Below, one piece after another: positions 1-18,431 of a stretch of DNA of 64,000 bases. The stretch lies in the NCBI RefSeq assembly GCF_009914755.1, contig NC_060933.1. The stretch is one strand, 5' to 3'. Source of the stretch: the human T2T-CHM13v2.0 reference genome, Homo sapiens. The first letter of the stretch is position 1, and each line of letters begins with the position of its first letter. The position numbers and the translations under genes were made by a program. The notes under the pieces are model-generated. The model made no database searches. It was given only the letters and a program-made list of their open reading frames with translations, and had not been told where the DNA came from.

Positions 1-720
1 AATAGCTATTAGACTAGTCAAATAATCTATTTCATATTAGGTGAATTGGTCCTTTTGTCCAAGTTGTCAAATTTATGTATGCATAAATTCTCTTATCCTT
101 TGATATGTATAGAATCTGCAGTGATAACCCTATTTCATTCCTGATACTGGCAATTCCCCCTCTCCCCCACCCCCCTACTCTTTTTTTAGTTAATCTTGCC
201 AAAGATTTTCTAATTTTATTGATTTTTTTCAAGGAGGCAGCTGTTTGTTTTATTGATTTTTCTCTCTGTTTTCCGTTTCATTGATGTCTGTTCTTATCTT
301 TATGATTCTCCTGCCTGATGTAGATGGGCTCATTTTTTATAGGTTCTTGAGGTGGAAGCATAGATTATTGATTTGATGCTTTTCCTCTTATGTATACACT
401 TGGTGTTATACATTTTCCTGTTATCACTGCATTAGCTGTGCCCCACAAATTTTGATATGTGCTATTTTTGTTTTCATTCAGTTTATTGTATTTTTCTTTT
501 CATTTTTCTTGAGATCACACAATTTGTTTATTCACTAACCTGGTATTAGACATTTAGACTATTTCTAGTTTTGGGCTACTGCCAGTAGATCTGCCATAGA
601 TATTCTTCTACCGCTTTTTGTATGGAAGTATGCTTTTATTTCTCTTGGATAATTTCCTAGGAGTAGAATATCATTGGTGTGCGTTCAGTTTTTTAAGGAA
701 TTGCCAAAATGTTCCAGAAT
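1..720 (-). mobile_element. Old L1 (L1M-type) ORF2 fragments
   Basis: T-rich antisense L1 motifs such as gctgtgccccacaaattttgatatgtg and ttttatttctcttggataa...ctaggagtagaat. Confidence 0.65.
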
Positions 721-879
721 TTTGGTAAATTAATTGTAATTAATAAAAGTTGACTTGTGATGGCTTGGAATTTTTGTTTTTAATGGTCCTTCGTGAAAAA
801 TTACACCTTCTTAAGGTGTAATTTGAGAAACATTTCTCTGGAGTAGCCTTGGAGGGGTTAGATTTAGGTAGCTACATGG

Positions 880-2520
<1,641 letters not shown>

Positions 2521-3117
2521 AAAGGTAAGGGATCGTTGGGCTGCTTTTCAGTTTTTCAGGTCAATATCAGACAAAGACCTTCTCTTGGTACAACTTTATA
2601 TGGTAGGCCAGTGATTTTCAGTAGTTTGGTGGTCCCTGTTTTGCTGAGATTGCAGACGTTCTGTTTGTTAGTGAATCTTAATTCTGTATCGTCTTTAGTG
2701 TTTAGTGATTCTTAATTATATATTGTCATCTGTGACATGCTCATTTATTTTCCTGAATCCCTTGAATTTCCTATTATCTGCTTTTAGGCCCATTGAACAT
2801 TGTTAATGTTCAGTGACATGTATGTATCTTAATTTTTTCAGATATATTTTCTCTTGCTTCTGTATGTTTGGTTATAGGAGAGAGGATTTGGGGATATGTG
2901 CATTTTGTTACTGCCAAAGCTAAATTTTTAGAAAGGAAAAATCAATACCCGCATTTCAACAGGAGATGGGATAAAATGTGGTATATCCATATCAGAGAAC
3001 ATTATGCACAAGATGTTAAAATTTATTTATTTATTTTGCAAGGACATGAGGGATAATGAGAAACTGCTCTCAATGCATTTTTAGTGATGCCATTTAGTAA
3101 AAAGAATATATATTCTA

Positions 3118-3405
<288 letters not shown>

Positions 3406-3862
3406 TTAAGGACATTAAGATTATAAGTTATTTTTATTTGTTATAAGTCTCTATTTTCAGTAATGAATGCATTATAACTTTTATAATGAGGAAGGAGAGG
3501 AGTAAATCTGACTTGGAAATAAAGCTGGCTAAAACAGATTATGTGATGTGTTAAATTTATCTATTTTAATGCAAAATTCTAGTTGTAAAATGTAAATTGG
3601 GCATATAAGTGTATATTTGTTTATATGTGTGTGTCCTAAAGAAAATCTTTACTCTGTCTTAGGTAGACCATAGTTTTGATAAAAATTTCACTGACATCAA
3701 GTGGCAAGTTACATAGCTGGTTATAAAAATGTAATTTACCCTGAATATAAGTGAAGGAATCTAAGCATATAGACTGATGATTAAAATCTCACAATATTAG
3801 TCTGAAGTATTGGTAGAAAATATTTCCATTGGAAGAAAATAGTTTATTTCTGTTTCAGATTA

Positions 3863-4379
3863 CAGGTTGAGTATCTCTATCCAAAATACTTGGGACCAGA
3901 AGTGTTTGGATTTCAGAGTTTTTCAGATTTTTGGAATGTTTGCATATACATAATGAGGTATCTTGAGAATACAACCCAAGTCCAAACACAAAATTCATTT
4001 ATATTTCACATACACCTTATACACATAGCCTGAATGTAATTTTAAATGATGTTTTTAATAATTTTGTGTATGAACCAAAGTTTGTGTATGTTGAACCATC
4101 AGGAAATAAAGGTGTCGCTGTCTCAGCCACCCATGTGGATGATCTGTGGTTGATGGCATCACCATCATTCCTGACTCTCTATTTATATGCTACTCATAAA
4201 CAATCATTTTTAAATACTTACTCACACATAAATACTTAACAGTAAAAACTGACATACAACTAATATAGTGCAAAAATAATGTGTTCTGGGTAATTTGTGG
4301 TGTCATGTCAGCACTAAAAAAATTTCAGATTTTGGAGAATTTTGGATTTGGGATTTTTGGATTAGGGATATTCAACCTG
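3863..4379. mobile_element. Tigger4/MER46-family non-autonomous DNA transposon
   Basis: TIRs CAGGTTGAGTATC...GATATTCAACCTG, flanked by TA on both sides. Confidence 0.85.
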
Positions 4380-4795
4380 TAATAGGGTGACTTGTAATCT
4401 TTATTATCATTTTTATTATTTATGGAAACTGTATCACATATGCCACATGACTGTTTTAATTTTGGTCTTACGGCATATAGTATGTACTTCCTGTAAATAT
4501 TTAGAAATCCGTTGGGCTTTTAAAATATTTTGTTTATTCAGGAAATATTTAATGAGTGTTAATTATATAGTGAGCACCACTTAAAGTATTTGAGATATAT
4601 TAGTGAATGTGTGAAACAAAGATACAGGTAGTCTGGTAGAACTGGTAATGTGCTAGTCTAATTCTCACAGGACACCTTTTAGTGAGGAAAACACCTATGT
4701 TAGATTGTTTGCATGTTAAAAACTATATTACTACAGAAGTCTTATAAACCAAGAGGAAAACAGTCTCAAGTACTAACCTACTTTTGTTTTATTAG

Positions 4796-5083
<288 letters not shown>

Positions 5084-6828
5084 TAAAATGTAGATACATC
5101 TCTGTTGATGAACTTTCTTCTGCTTCTATAATTATTTCTATAAAATGTTCAAGTTGCCTTCTTGAGGAAGCTCAACTCAGTTCTTCCAACTTCATACCTT
5201 AATTATCTATATCTGTCGTGTACTGTAATTTGCCATTATAGCTGACCACTGTCTTCTATCAGATTATGGCACTTGATTTAATAATTCTCTATAAATGCCT
5301 AGCTTTATTTTCTTTACAAAGTCACTCACTATTACTCATATCAAATTTAAGCTCTTTATTCTAGCCTTTGTAACCTTCTGTTAGCTTAGTTCCTTGAAAC
5401 CTGTCCAATTTCATCTTTGGTTTTCTTTTTTTGTAGACCATGTGAATAGATCTGTGGTATTATTTGGATAGGGATTTTATATTCTGTCTGCTCAATATAT
5501 ATGACTAAGATCAGTTTAAAAAAATTTTATATGTTTATCAAAGTATTAGATGTGTATGGCTAACAAAAAAAAAAAAGAAGAAGAACTAGAAGGATAGAAG
5601 GGTGGCACAACTCCTTTTTTACCTCCAAAGCCAACCAAGAGTAAGCACTTTTAACTCTTTAAGAAGATTTTTTCTAGTAATCCTTCCATATATATCATAT
5701 TCTTATTTCACTATTGCTTGATTAATCAACTTTAGACATTATCTTTTTGTATTTACTCTAGATGTAGATTTTACCTTATAAAACATCTCTATTATAAATT
5801 CTTCAAATGGGATTATTAATAATGATTTTTATTATTATAAATAATATACATATCCTTTTTTGGTCATTTAACAATTGTCAGTATTGCTTCAGTCCACACT
5901 TCATAAGCTACAAATAGTACTCCCTCGCACCCTTGCTTTTTACTTTCCTCCCTTCTCACATTCTAAATTCTCTCATTTATACTCCGGTTTTTATATTTTC
6001 AAGGCCGAAAACATTTAGTGTTTTATGTGCTTTATTTATGGGTTAATTCTAGAAGTTTAGAAATACTAAGTATTGTTTATTAAACTTACTCATAGCTGAA
6101 CCAAGTTGTGCATTATAATTAAATTTCACTTCATTGATAGCTTTTAAAAAGCTTTTAATTTTTTTTTTTAAATTTGCTTAAGCATTTTCTTAAATTGAAG
6201 AGGGAAAAAAAAAGCTGTCTTATCGGGCATTCTCCTGAGTCCCATAGCCTTCTGTCCTTCTCCTTCCATCTAAACTGGTTGTTCTTGAGGCCTCCTGCAT
6301 GGTTATCATTTGTAATTTCTCTCGTGCCTTTTCTGTGTTATAAACCTATTCCTGAATTCCATGTCTCATTTTCTTACATCACGCCCTTATTTTGTTGGAG
6401 TACATTTTCAGGTAACCTTCTAAGAAGAGATATTTAGGAATTAACTTCAGAGTCTTTGCACCCTTTAAAATATTCTTATTTCATCATCCCCCCCCCTTTT
6501 TTAGTTTTGTTGTATATACAATTCTAGAATGAAAATATTAATTTTTCTTCCAGAATTTTGAGGGCCTATTGCTGTTTGTCTTTTGATAGGAAATCTAGTG
6601 TTTTCCTTGTGGGTTTTTTTGTTTGTTTGTTTGTTTGTTTTTGTAGGTTACCTGTTTTTTATATTTGATAGTTTCAGGATCTTATGTTTTCCCAGGTTTT
6701 TGGACATTTTAGAAAGATTTGTTCAGGTCACATATTTTCCACTATGGGAGTTACTTGCTGAGTGGTGTTTGTAACCTTTAGAACTAGGGTATTCTTTTGT
6801 GTTATTATTAGATTATTTCACTAATTAA

Positions 6829-7098
<270 letters not shown>

Positions 7099-8916
7099 TA
7101 GTCCCAATATTACCCTGGTTTTACATTATCAGACTTGTGGCATCTGGCATACTGCTGAATCTATACATGAGCTTTTTAAAGGTCCCCTGATCAATGAGGG
7201 TAATAACTGTCATAAAACCTGTGCTTTTTTCTAGAAAGAGGTATAAAACTGGCAACTTATTGACCTAGAATCATGTAGAAAATTAGTTTGGTTAGCTGGT
7301 TCCTTTTGGCGCTTGTTACTAGATTGTAGCAGGGATTAGATTAAAACCCTGCTGAAGAGGTAGAATGCTGCTGTAAATAGGTTGATTAAAGGAAAAAAAC
7401 TAAGAGAATAGGCAAGAAAATCACCTGCTACAAAGAACGGGCATTCTTAGGATTTTGAAAGTGAAACCAATACCTTATTGACATCATAAAATTTTGATAG
7501 CTTTTGTTGATGATTGCGGGTCATCAAGATTAGGTGAAGCTATATTTAATAAATCGTCTAGTGAAGTGTGGCCATGGATTTACTAAGATGTTTGCCATCC
7601 AGACTGTTTAAAATAGTAAGTTTTGGGCACATAAAAGGATGAAAGAGTAAAAAACTAACATTCTTTGGTAATGATATGTTAGAGCAAACTTAAAGTTATC
7701 CTAAGATTACATAAGGATTATTTTTGCTAGATAATTTTTTTTCTTTAGAAAAGAAGACATCCTTTCAGGATTCGTGAAAAATTCTATTCTCTGTAACTCA
7801 TGTTTGTGTTATACTTTATTAAAAATCATTTTATATAGTTTTCAATTTTTTACCATATCTTAAATTAGCAAAGTTAATATTCATAACATTCTCTTATTCA
7901 CATATGTGTTATTAGAATATTTTTGCTAGATCAAGAAGAGAATTTCTATTTTAGATGCATTGTTTTGATTAGTCTGATGAGGATTGAAAGAAAGTATAAG
8001 AAAAAATATTGTGACCCTTATAAAAGTTATAATGCAGGTGTAATTGTTAACATTTTTACTAAAATGCCAGTGTCAGAATAATACTTCAGAACTGTATTAG
8101 ATTTGTCTCCTCTTGTCATTTGGTTTTCTAATAGTAGCATATATCACCAAGTCAGATTAATAGCTGGCATATATTTCCATTTTAAATTGCATTCGAATCT
8201 TTGAGATAAAGAGATATATTCTGCTTTTTTACCCTTTTCAGACTAACCTTTCACCTTTCCTGCCACCTTCCTACATTCACATCTTCCACGCAGTTTACTC
8301 ACCTTTCTAGGTCTAGTTGAAATGCCCCTACCATCATACACAAGTGAGCAATATGCAAACTTAAAATTTTAGTCATATAAATGGTCATTTAGTAGTCTAT
8401 TTCTATGATTTATTTTTAACAATTCCAATCTAGAATTGGAGAAGTGTACAAAGATTTACATATGAACTCCCCACAGTAGTGTTTATGATAGCAAAATGGT
8501 GGAGCAAAAAAAGAAAATTTATGAAGATGCTGATTGGTTAAATAAGTTACTTTATATCTTTATAATGGAATATTATGCAGCCCTTAAAATGTTTCTGTAG
8601 GTCTCTTTTTACTAATATAAAAATAAATTTATGACATGTTAGTAAATCATAAAGTAGGTTATGGAATAGGATGTATGGAAAAATTTTGTTTAAAAAATCA
8701 TAAAGCAGAAAGATGCCATCAACCACCAGATCATCACAGAGTGCTGCGTCTCCTATATCTACCTATCTTTATCTTGCTACTTTGATTGTGATGATATGAC
8801 TGTGAAGTTCTAGGAGGACTTTGACAAATACTTTATTCCCTGAACTCACAAACAGAGGGAACATCCCAAGAAACTGGAACCTGCATAGCCAACAAGATGT
8901 CTAAATCTTCCTTAAG

Positions 8917-9526
<610 letters not shown>

Positions 9527-9758
9527 TAAATCTTCCTTAAGGATATCAGGGAAACCTCCAAACTGTGAATGTGTATTACACTTGGGAAAAAGTGTAAATA
9601 AGTCACTACTGGAACCACATAAACTGGCCAGTGACCCTACTTGTGTGACTTCCTTGAGTCTTCCTGAGCAGGTGAAATCCGTCAAAGAATTGAATTGCCA
9701 TGTAAACCAGTTTATATACTCTGGGGGCCTTGGAATCTGACATGGCAGAATATTTCTA

Positions 9759-10072
<314 letters not shown>

Positions 10073-10409
10073 ACAATACAGTCTGGGAGAACGTGATCAT
10101 GAGAGCTAAGTCCTAGACTGGCTTATCTATAACTATATTTTTTTTAAAAAGATGACTTTCTGTGGTCATTTTGGGGTTACTTTTACCCTTTCTATAAGTT
10201 ATCGTAAACATCCACATACGTTTTCTTTTATTTGTATCATTTCTTCCAATAAAGTAATTTAGTACCTCCCCCCTCAAATTGCGAAACAATAGGCTGATTG
10301 TTCATAGCGTTTATGCCTGGATGATGGTTTTCATGTGGTTTTAATTTTTGTGTGTAACTGTTTTCTCATTTTTCTATACTGAATGGTATTCTATAATTTA
10401 AAATAGCAC

Positions 10410-10630
10410 TATTGGCCAACATTTATGCGACAAGCACTGTACTATTATTTTAATTATATTATCTCTTAATCCACATTTAGTTCTATGAGGTATAAACTGT
10501 TTTACTATGTCCATCTTACAGATGAAAGTAATGAAAGCTTTTGAGATTTAGGTAGTACTTGAGCAAGATCAAGCATAGGATTTGAAAGGACGTCTGTCTG
10601 ACCTCAGAGCCCAAGCTCTTAGCTAGTTTG
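10410..10630 (-). mobile_element. MIR
   Basis: Core motifs ccatcttacagatgaaa...ggatttgaa...gtctgacctcagagcccaagctctt. Confidence 0.75.
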
Positions 10631-10914
10631 CTTTGTAATAGATTATAGTACATAAATACCTCCCCTTTATTATTTTTTCAAGAAAGCTGATTTCCATGTT
10701 TTGGAAATAATCGATCTCTAAAATTCCCTAGATAGTACTTTTTATATTTATACGCTTCTCTTAATGGGAGTTTTATCATGCTCTACTTTCAACATAGTTA
10801 TTCATCTGCAATAAATAACAGATTATGTACTTCCAGAAGTAGCTTTTTCCCTAGCTTGTCTTAGTATCTTCCATAGCATTGAGCCTCACTTGCAGAATTG
10901 TCTAATTCATATTT

Positions 10915-11202
10915 TTACTTTATTTTACTTTTTAGAGACAGTTTCACTCTGTCACCCAGGATGGAGTGCAGTGTCACCATCATACCTCACTGTAACTTCA
11001 AACTCCTGGGCTTAAGCGATATTCCCACCTCAGCCTCCCAGGTAGAGCCATCACACCTGGCTAATTTTTTATTATTATTATTATTGTAGAGACAGGGTCT
11101 CACTTTGTTTCCTGGGCTGGTCTCAAACTTCTGGCTTCCAGTGTTATCCTCTCATCTTGGCCTCCCAAAGTGTTGGGGTTATCAGTGCTACCACGCCTGG
11201 CC
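10915..11202 (-). mobile_element. AluJ
   Basis: Antisense Alu, diverged. Confidence 0.88.
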
Positions 11203-11230
11203 CAGTTAATGTTTTTAAAATAGATCAATA

Positions 11231-11542
<312 letters not shown>

Positions 11543-12072
11543 TCAATAAGATTATGTTCTGATGTTGCAAACTTCAGGCTTCTCTTGAGGGCTGTAATAG
11601 TTACAAATAAGCCATAGCAAGGTTTTTTTTTTTCCCCATTAGTTTTATAAAGTTTAAAGTTCTTTGTGTTTTTGTGCCTATTAGTTATTCCATCTGTGAA
11701 GTTCTCTTGAAGATTAAGAAAATATGAAAAGTGTGGGGAAAGATAAGAAATGTTTACACTCAAGTCACAATCTAAGACTGTTTGAAATATTTTCAATGAG
11801 TTGACTAGAAAGGAACTAAAGTTATTTCTTAGATAGTATCAAAATCAATATGCACTGTTCAAATCTTGGCCTTTGTTTAACCATGTACTGTATTGATTGT
11901 TTCTGGGTAATGGATTAGATGTTTTAAAATAACTCTTTGGTACCAAGTTCTTTTTTTTTATCTTGTTTTTTCTCAAGTATTACAATCTAATTAAATCCAA
12001 TTTTAATATAAACATGTTTTAATAATCAGTTGGGTTTCATGAAATTCGACCTTTTTTTGCTTGTTTGTTTAG

Positions 12073-12240
<168 letters not shown>

Positions 12241-12654
12241 TGAAGTTTTAAATTCACTAGAGCAAAATGTGATAGCTAATTTTACCACCAGTTCACTCTC
12301 ATGCAAAATCACTCTGTTTTGCTAATTTCTTTCCTATTTATGGCATTGTGGGTCAATTTATTTGCTTTATAAAAGGAAACCAGCCCATAATATTCCATCT
12401 GTAACATTTTGAAATTATCATTTGAAATTAATGTGAAGAGTAAGTAATTTTATCATGTTTTAAGAAAACAAAACATAATGATGGACCTTTGGTCTTGGAC
12501 ATCCTTTTTTTGAAAATGTATTGGAATGAACTCAGTTTTACTTTGAAAGGAAAATCAGTACACTGTTGCTTATTAATATAAATAAAACGTCTTTAAAAAG
12601 AATGAGAACCCTGTATCTGGCTAGAGAAAGGCCACTAAGAATCTAAGCCACCGA

Positions 12655-12890
12655 AAGACAGTAAAGCTTAGTAGTTAAGAATGTATACTTTGTAGCTGGG
12701 CTGCCAGGATTTGAATTCTGGCATTGCTTCTGACTTGGGCAAGTTGCCTAAATTTAGTTTTATGCTTCAGTTTTCTTGTCTATAAAATGAAGGGTAACAT
12801 TATCTACTTCAAAAGATGGTTGTAAGGATTAAGTCAGTTAATAAATGTGAAGGTACTTATAGCAGTACTTATTAACTCATCATTATCGTA
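12655..12890 (+). mobile_element. MIR
   Basis: tgacttgggcaagttgcctaa...cttcagttttcttgtctataaaatg. Confidence 0.8.
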
Positions 12891-13937
12891 ATACATTGTT
12901 ATATAACCTACATAATATGTAGTATAATGTATTAGCTATATATGACATTCTTATATATATACGGTTAGCTATATGTTGTATTGTCTGTAAGACTTCTTAC
13001 TCCTTTTGCATGTCTTCTATTTCTTTAAAAGCCTTATAAGGAAAGGTTAGGTTTAGATTTTTTTTGTATGCCTTGTTTAAAGAATTTTTTTAATTGGTCT
13101 AAGTGAGGAGAGATTCTGAATCAGCTCAAGTGGTCCTCTGTTTCTCTGGTACACAAGTGCTTGGAAAGAATCTTGACCCTGCTTTGGCTTTTATTATATT
13201 GCCCTACTTCTGGTTTGGGAGTTGGCAAGGTATGTGAACATAAAGGTGACTGGATAAAAAGGTTGGATGTATAAAATTATACAATGGACTCCAAAAAGTT
13301 AAAAATTTGTGTTTGTTAGAGCTGTTTAAGCCTAATCAGTGATTTATTGATCTGATGAAAGAGCTCAGTGGAGAAGTCAAGTTGCTTGGGTTGCACGTCT
13401 TTTAAGACATGATACATTGTAAAGGGCATGCAGTCAGATGTAATTAAATGATTTCTATTTTTCAAATGGCCAGCTTAGCCTGTTACTTTTCCTGGTGTCA
13501 AAAACTCATTCTGCCTCTGCACTAAGGATTTAAACCATATATTGATGATACAATATAGATTCCTGATCATTTGACCTGTATTCTTTTTTCTTGTGTTGTA
13601 ACAATTTTTCATAGCTGCTCATCAGATAGAACCAGAACTTTCTCCTATATCTGTGACTTTTTGTGTGTATATTTTAAATTGTGAAATTTATTCTATATAA
13701 CCTTCTCCTGTAATTGTATCTACTAGAGTACCATTTCTCATCCTTCAGTAAATTACAAATCTTCACAATTTTTGCCATTTCTACATACTATTATGTGCAA
13801 CATCATAATTTTTGCCAAACCTGAGTACTACCTATAGTATTATTTCTTGTTTTTCTTTCAATCACCTCACTTTTTGTTACTCAAACAAAATCTTCTAAAA
13901 GGAAATACATCATTACAAAGTTAAAAACAAATAATAG

Positions 13938-14092
13938 GCCAGGCATGGTGGTTCATGCCTCTAATCCCAGCACTTTAGGAGGCCAAGGCAGACAGATCAC
14001 TTGAGGTCAGAAGTTCGAGACCAGCCTGGCCAATGTGGTGAAACCCTGTCTCTGCTACACATACAAAAATTAACCGGGTGGGGTGGTGTGCA
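13938..14092 (+). mobile_element. Alu left arm, 3'-truncated
   Basis: ggccaggcatggtggttcatgcc... ends early in the right arm. Confidence 0.85.
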
Positions 14093-14295
14093 CTATTTTT
14101 TCTCTTTGTAATTGTTTGTGTGGAGATACTTTGAGATTGCAGATATTCTGTTCCTCATGAAACCCAATCTAGTAGGTTTAAGAGCCATTAATGATTCTAG
14201 CTCTGTCATTCCTTCTGTGTTTATTAGTTAGCATTCTACCTATAAGAAAGAGCTTTTTCTTCTCCTCCATTTATTTGTTTGTTGTATCAGTATAG

Positions 14296-14708
<413 letters not shown>

Positions 14709-15149
14709 TGATATGTTGCCATTGTATTTTGAGCACTTCTTTCTTTTTGCCATAGTAAGATGTTACAGGCACATCTTGAGTGTATCTTTTTGGGCCTTAC
14801 AATCAGTCCTTTAACCAAAAATCCTATTTTCTTTTAGACACCGAGCTCTGGATACTAGGTGTGTTCATTGCTGCTGGTATCTCATTGCTTCTGAGTCCTA
14901 ACATGCAAACCCTTATGTCTGTATTTATTTCCATATTTATCTAGAGACCAGATAATATGTGCACCATGAATTCACACTACTACTTACAATTGCAGTCCAG
15001 CTTTGGGGTACCTTCTAGTCTTTCTCCTTTGCATATTTGTAATTCTCTTCTGTATTAGTGAAAAACATAGCTCCCCTTACCATCAGTATATTTAGTAATT
15101 TGTTCAAGCCTAGAACCCTCTGAAAATAGTTTAAGAATTACTAATCTGT

Positions 15150-15416
15150 GGCCGGGCGCGGTGGCTCACGCTCGTAATCCCAGCACTTTGGGAGGCTGAG
15201 GGGGGCGGATCACGAGGTCAGGAGTTTGAGACCACGGTGAAACCCTGTGTCTACTAAAAATACAAAAAATTAGCCGGGCGTGGTGGCAGGGCGCCTGTAG
15301 TCCCAGCTACTTGGAGAGGCTGAGGCAGGAGAATGACATGAACCCTGGAGGCAGAGCTTGCAGTGAGCCAAGATCACGCCACTGCACTCCAGCCTGGGCG
15401 ACAGAGACTCTGTCTC

Positions 15417-15445
<29 letters not shown>
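15150..15445 (+). mobile_element. AluY with a 12-bp left-arm deletion (Yd/Yc3-type)
   Basis: gagaccacggtgaaaccc lacks atcctggctaac. ~29-nt pure A tail. TSD aagaattactaatctgt. Confidence 0.88.
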
Positions 15446-15447
<2 letters not shown>

Positions 15448-16129
15448 ATTACTAATCTGTCCTACCATGAAATTCCTCTATCCCACCGTGCCTCTATTAA
15501 TGTCTCTCAACATTTTTTCTTTTTCATTGTATTAAGTTTTACACATCTCTTGTTAAATGTGTATTTCACTGTCTAATTTTAAAATATATTTTTTACACTA
15601 TCATAAATGGATTTCTAAAATGCATTTTCTGGTTGTACATTGCTAGTACGTAGACATATCGATTTTTTTAAACATTGACCTTATATCCTGTGACACTATT
15701 GAATTTACATTGAATTCTAGTACAGACATACAAGAAATATAACAGATTTATAAAGCAAATATTGCCATAAAGCAAGTCATACAAACTTTTTGGCTTCCCA
15801 GTATATATAAAAGTTAAGTTTATACTATTTATATCTATTAAGTGTGAATAGCATTATGTCTAAAAAATGTACATACTTTAAAAACACTTTCTTGCTAAAA
15901 AATACGAACAATCATGTGAGCCTTCAGTGAGTTCAATCTTGTTGGTAGTGGAGGATTTTGCTTCCATATTGATAGCTGCTGACTGATCAAGGTGGTAGTT
16001 GCTGAAGGTTGGGGTGGCAGTGGCAGTTTCTTAAAGAAGACAACAATAAAATTTACCACATTGATCAACTCTTCCTTTCACAAAAGATTTCTCTGTAGCA
16101 TATGATAGCATTTTACCCATAGCAGAATT

Positions 16130-16261
16130 TCTTTTTCCTTTTCCTTTTTTTTTTTTTTTTTTTTTTTTTTTGGGGACAGGGTCTTCCTCTGTCTCGCAGA
16201 CTAGAGTGGAATGGCCTCGCAAAAGTGCTGGAATTATAGGCATGAGCCACCGCGCCCAGCC
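16130..16261 (-). mobile_element. Internally deleted mini-Alu
   Basis: T-tail plus the Alu 3' ~45 nt joined directly to the Alu 5' ~50 nt. Confidence 0.8.
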
Positions 16262-16679
16262 TAGAACTTCTTTCAAAATTGGAGTTGGTCCTTTCAAACC
16301 CTGCCTCTACTTTATCACCTAAATTTATGTCATATTCTAAATCATTTGTTGTAATTTCAGCAGTGTTCCCAGCATCTTCACCAGGAGTAGGGTCCATCTC
16401 AAGAAACCATGTTCTTTGCTCATCCATAAGAAGCTACTCCTCCTCCATTCAAGTTTTATCATGAGATTGCAGCAATTCAGTTACATCTTTGGGCTCCACT
16501 TCCAATTCTAGTTCTCTTGCTTTTCCACCACATCTGCCATTACTTCTTCCACAGAAGTCGAACCTCTCAAAGTCTTCCCTGAAGGCTGGAATTCTTTCAA
16601 ACTTCTGTTAATGTTGATATCTTGAGACCTCCTCCCATGAATCAAAAATGTTCTTAATGACATGTAGAATGATGAATCT

Positions 16680-16969
<290 letters not shown>

Positions 16970-18431
16970 GATGAATCTTTTTTAGAAGGCTTTTTGTTTA
17001 CTTTGCCCAGATTCATCAGAGGAGTCATTATCTGTGGCAGCCATACATAGTGTTATGAAATGTGTTTCTTGATAAGACTTGAAAGTCAAAATTACTCCTT
17101 GATCCATGGGCTGCAGATTGGATGTTGTGTTTGCAGGCATGAAAACAACATTAATCTGCATGTACATCTCCATCAGAGCTCTTGGGTGACTAGGTACATT
17201 GTCAGTGAGCAGTAATATTTGGACAGATGTCTTTTTTTTCTGAGGAGTAGGTCTCAACAGTGGGCTTAAAATACTCAGTAAACCATGCTGTAAATAGATG
17301 TGCTGTCATCCAGGCTTTGTTGTTCAACTTACAGAGCACGGGCAGAGTAGATTTAGCATAATTCTAAAGGGCCCTAGGATTTTTTGGAATGGTTAAATAA
17401 ACATTGGCTTCAACTTAAAAGTCAGTAGATACATTCATCCCTAACAAGAGTCAGCTTTCCTTTGAAGTTTTGAATCCAGTCATTGATTTCTTTTCTCTAG
17501 TTATGAAAGTCCTAGATGGCATTCTTTTCCAATAGAAGGCTGTTGGTTCTGCGTTGAAAATCTGTCATTTAGTGTAGCCACCTTCATCAGTGATCTTAGC
17601 TAGATCTTCTGGATAACTTGCTGCAGCTTCTACATCAGCATTTGCTGTTTCACCTTGCACTTTTATGTTATGGAAATGACTTCTTCCCTTAAACATGATG
17701 AACCAACCTCTGCTAGCTTCAAGCTTTTCTTCTCTCACCTCTTTCAGCCATCAAATAATTGAAAAGAGTTAGGGCTTGCTCTGGATTAGGATTTGGCTTA
17801 AAGGGATGTTGTGGCTGCTTTGATCATCTATTCAGACCACTAAAACTTTCTTCAGATCAGCAATAAGGTAATTTTGCTTTCTTATTTGTGTGTACACTGG
17901 AGTAGCACTTCTAATTTCCTTCAAGAACTCTTCCTTTGCATTCACATCTTGGCTAGCTTTCAGCCTAGCTCAACTTTTGTCATGCCTTCCTCACTAAGCT
18001 TTATTTTTAGCTTTTGATTTAAAGTGAAAAACCTGTGACTCTTCTTTTCACCTGAACACTTAGAGGCTATTGTAGGGTTATTAATTGTTCTGATTTCATT
18101 ATTGTCGTGTGTCAGGGAATAGGGACACCCAAGGAGAGGGAGAGTGACTGGAGAACAGATGGTCAGTGGAGCAGTCAGAACATATGCAGCATGTATCGAT
18201 TAAGTTCACTATCTTACCTAGGTGTGGTATGTGGCACTCCAATGACAATGGTAGTATCAAAGATCATAGATCACTAACATATACAACAATAATAAACAAG
18301 TTGGGAGAATTACCAAAATATGACACAGAGACACAACGAGATGAGCACAAGCTATTGGAAAAATGGCATTTTAGACTTTTTTTGACATAGGGTTGCTGCA
18401 AACCTTGAATGTGTTTTAAAAAATTGTTTTT

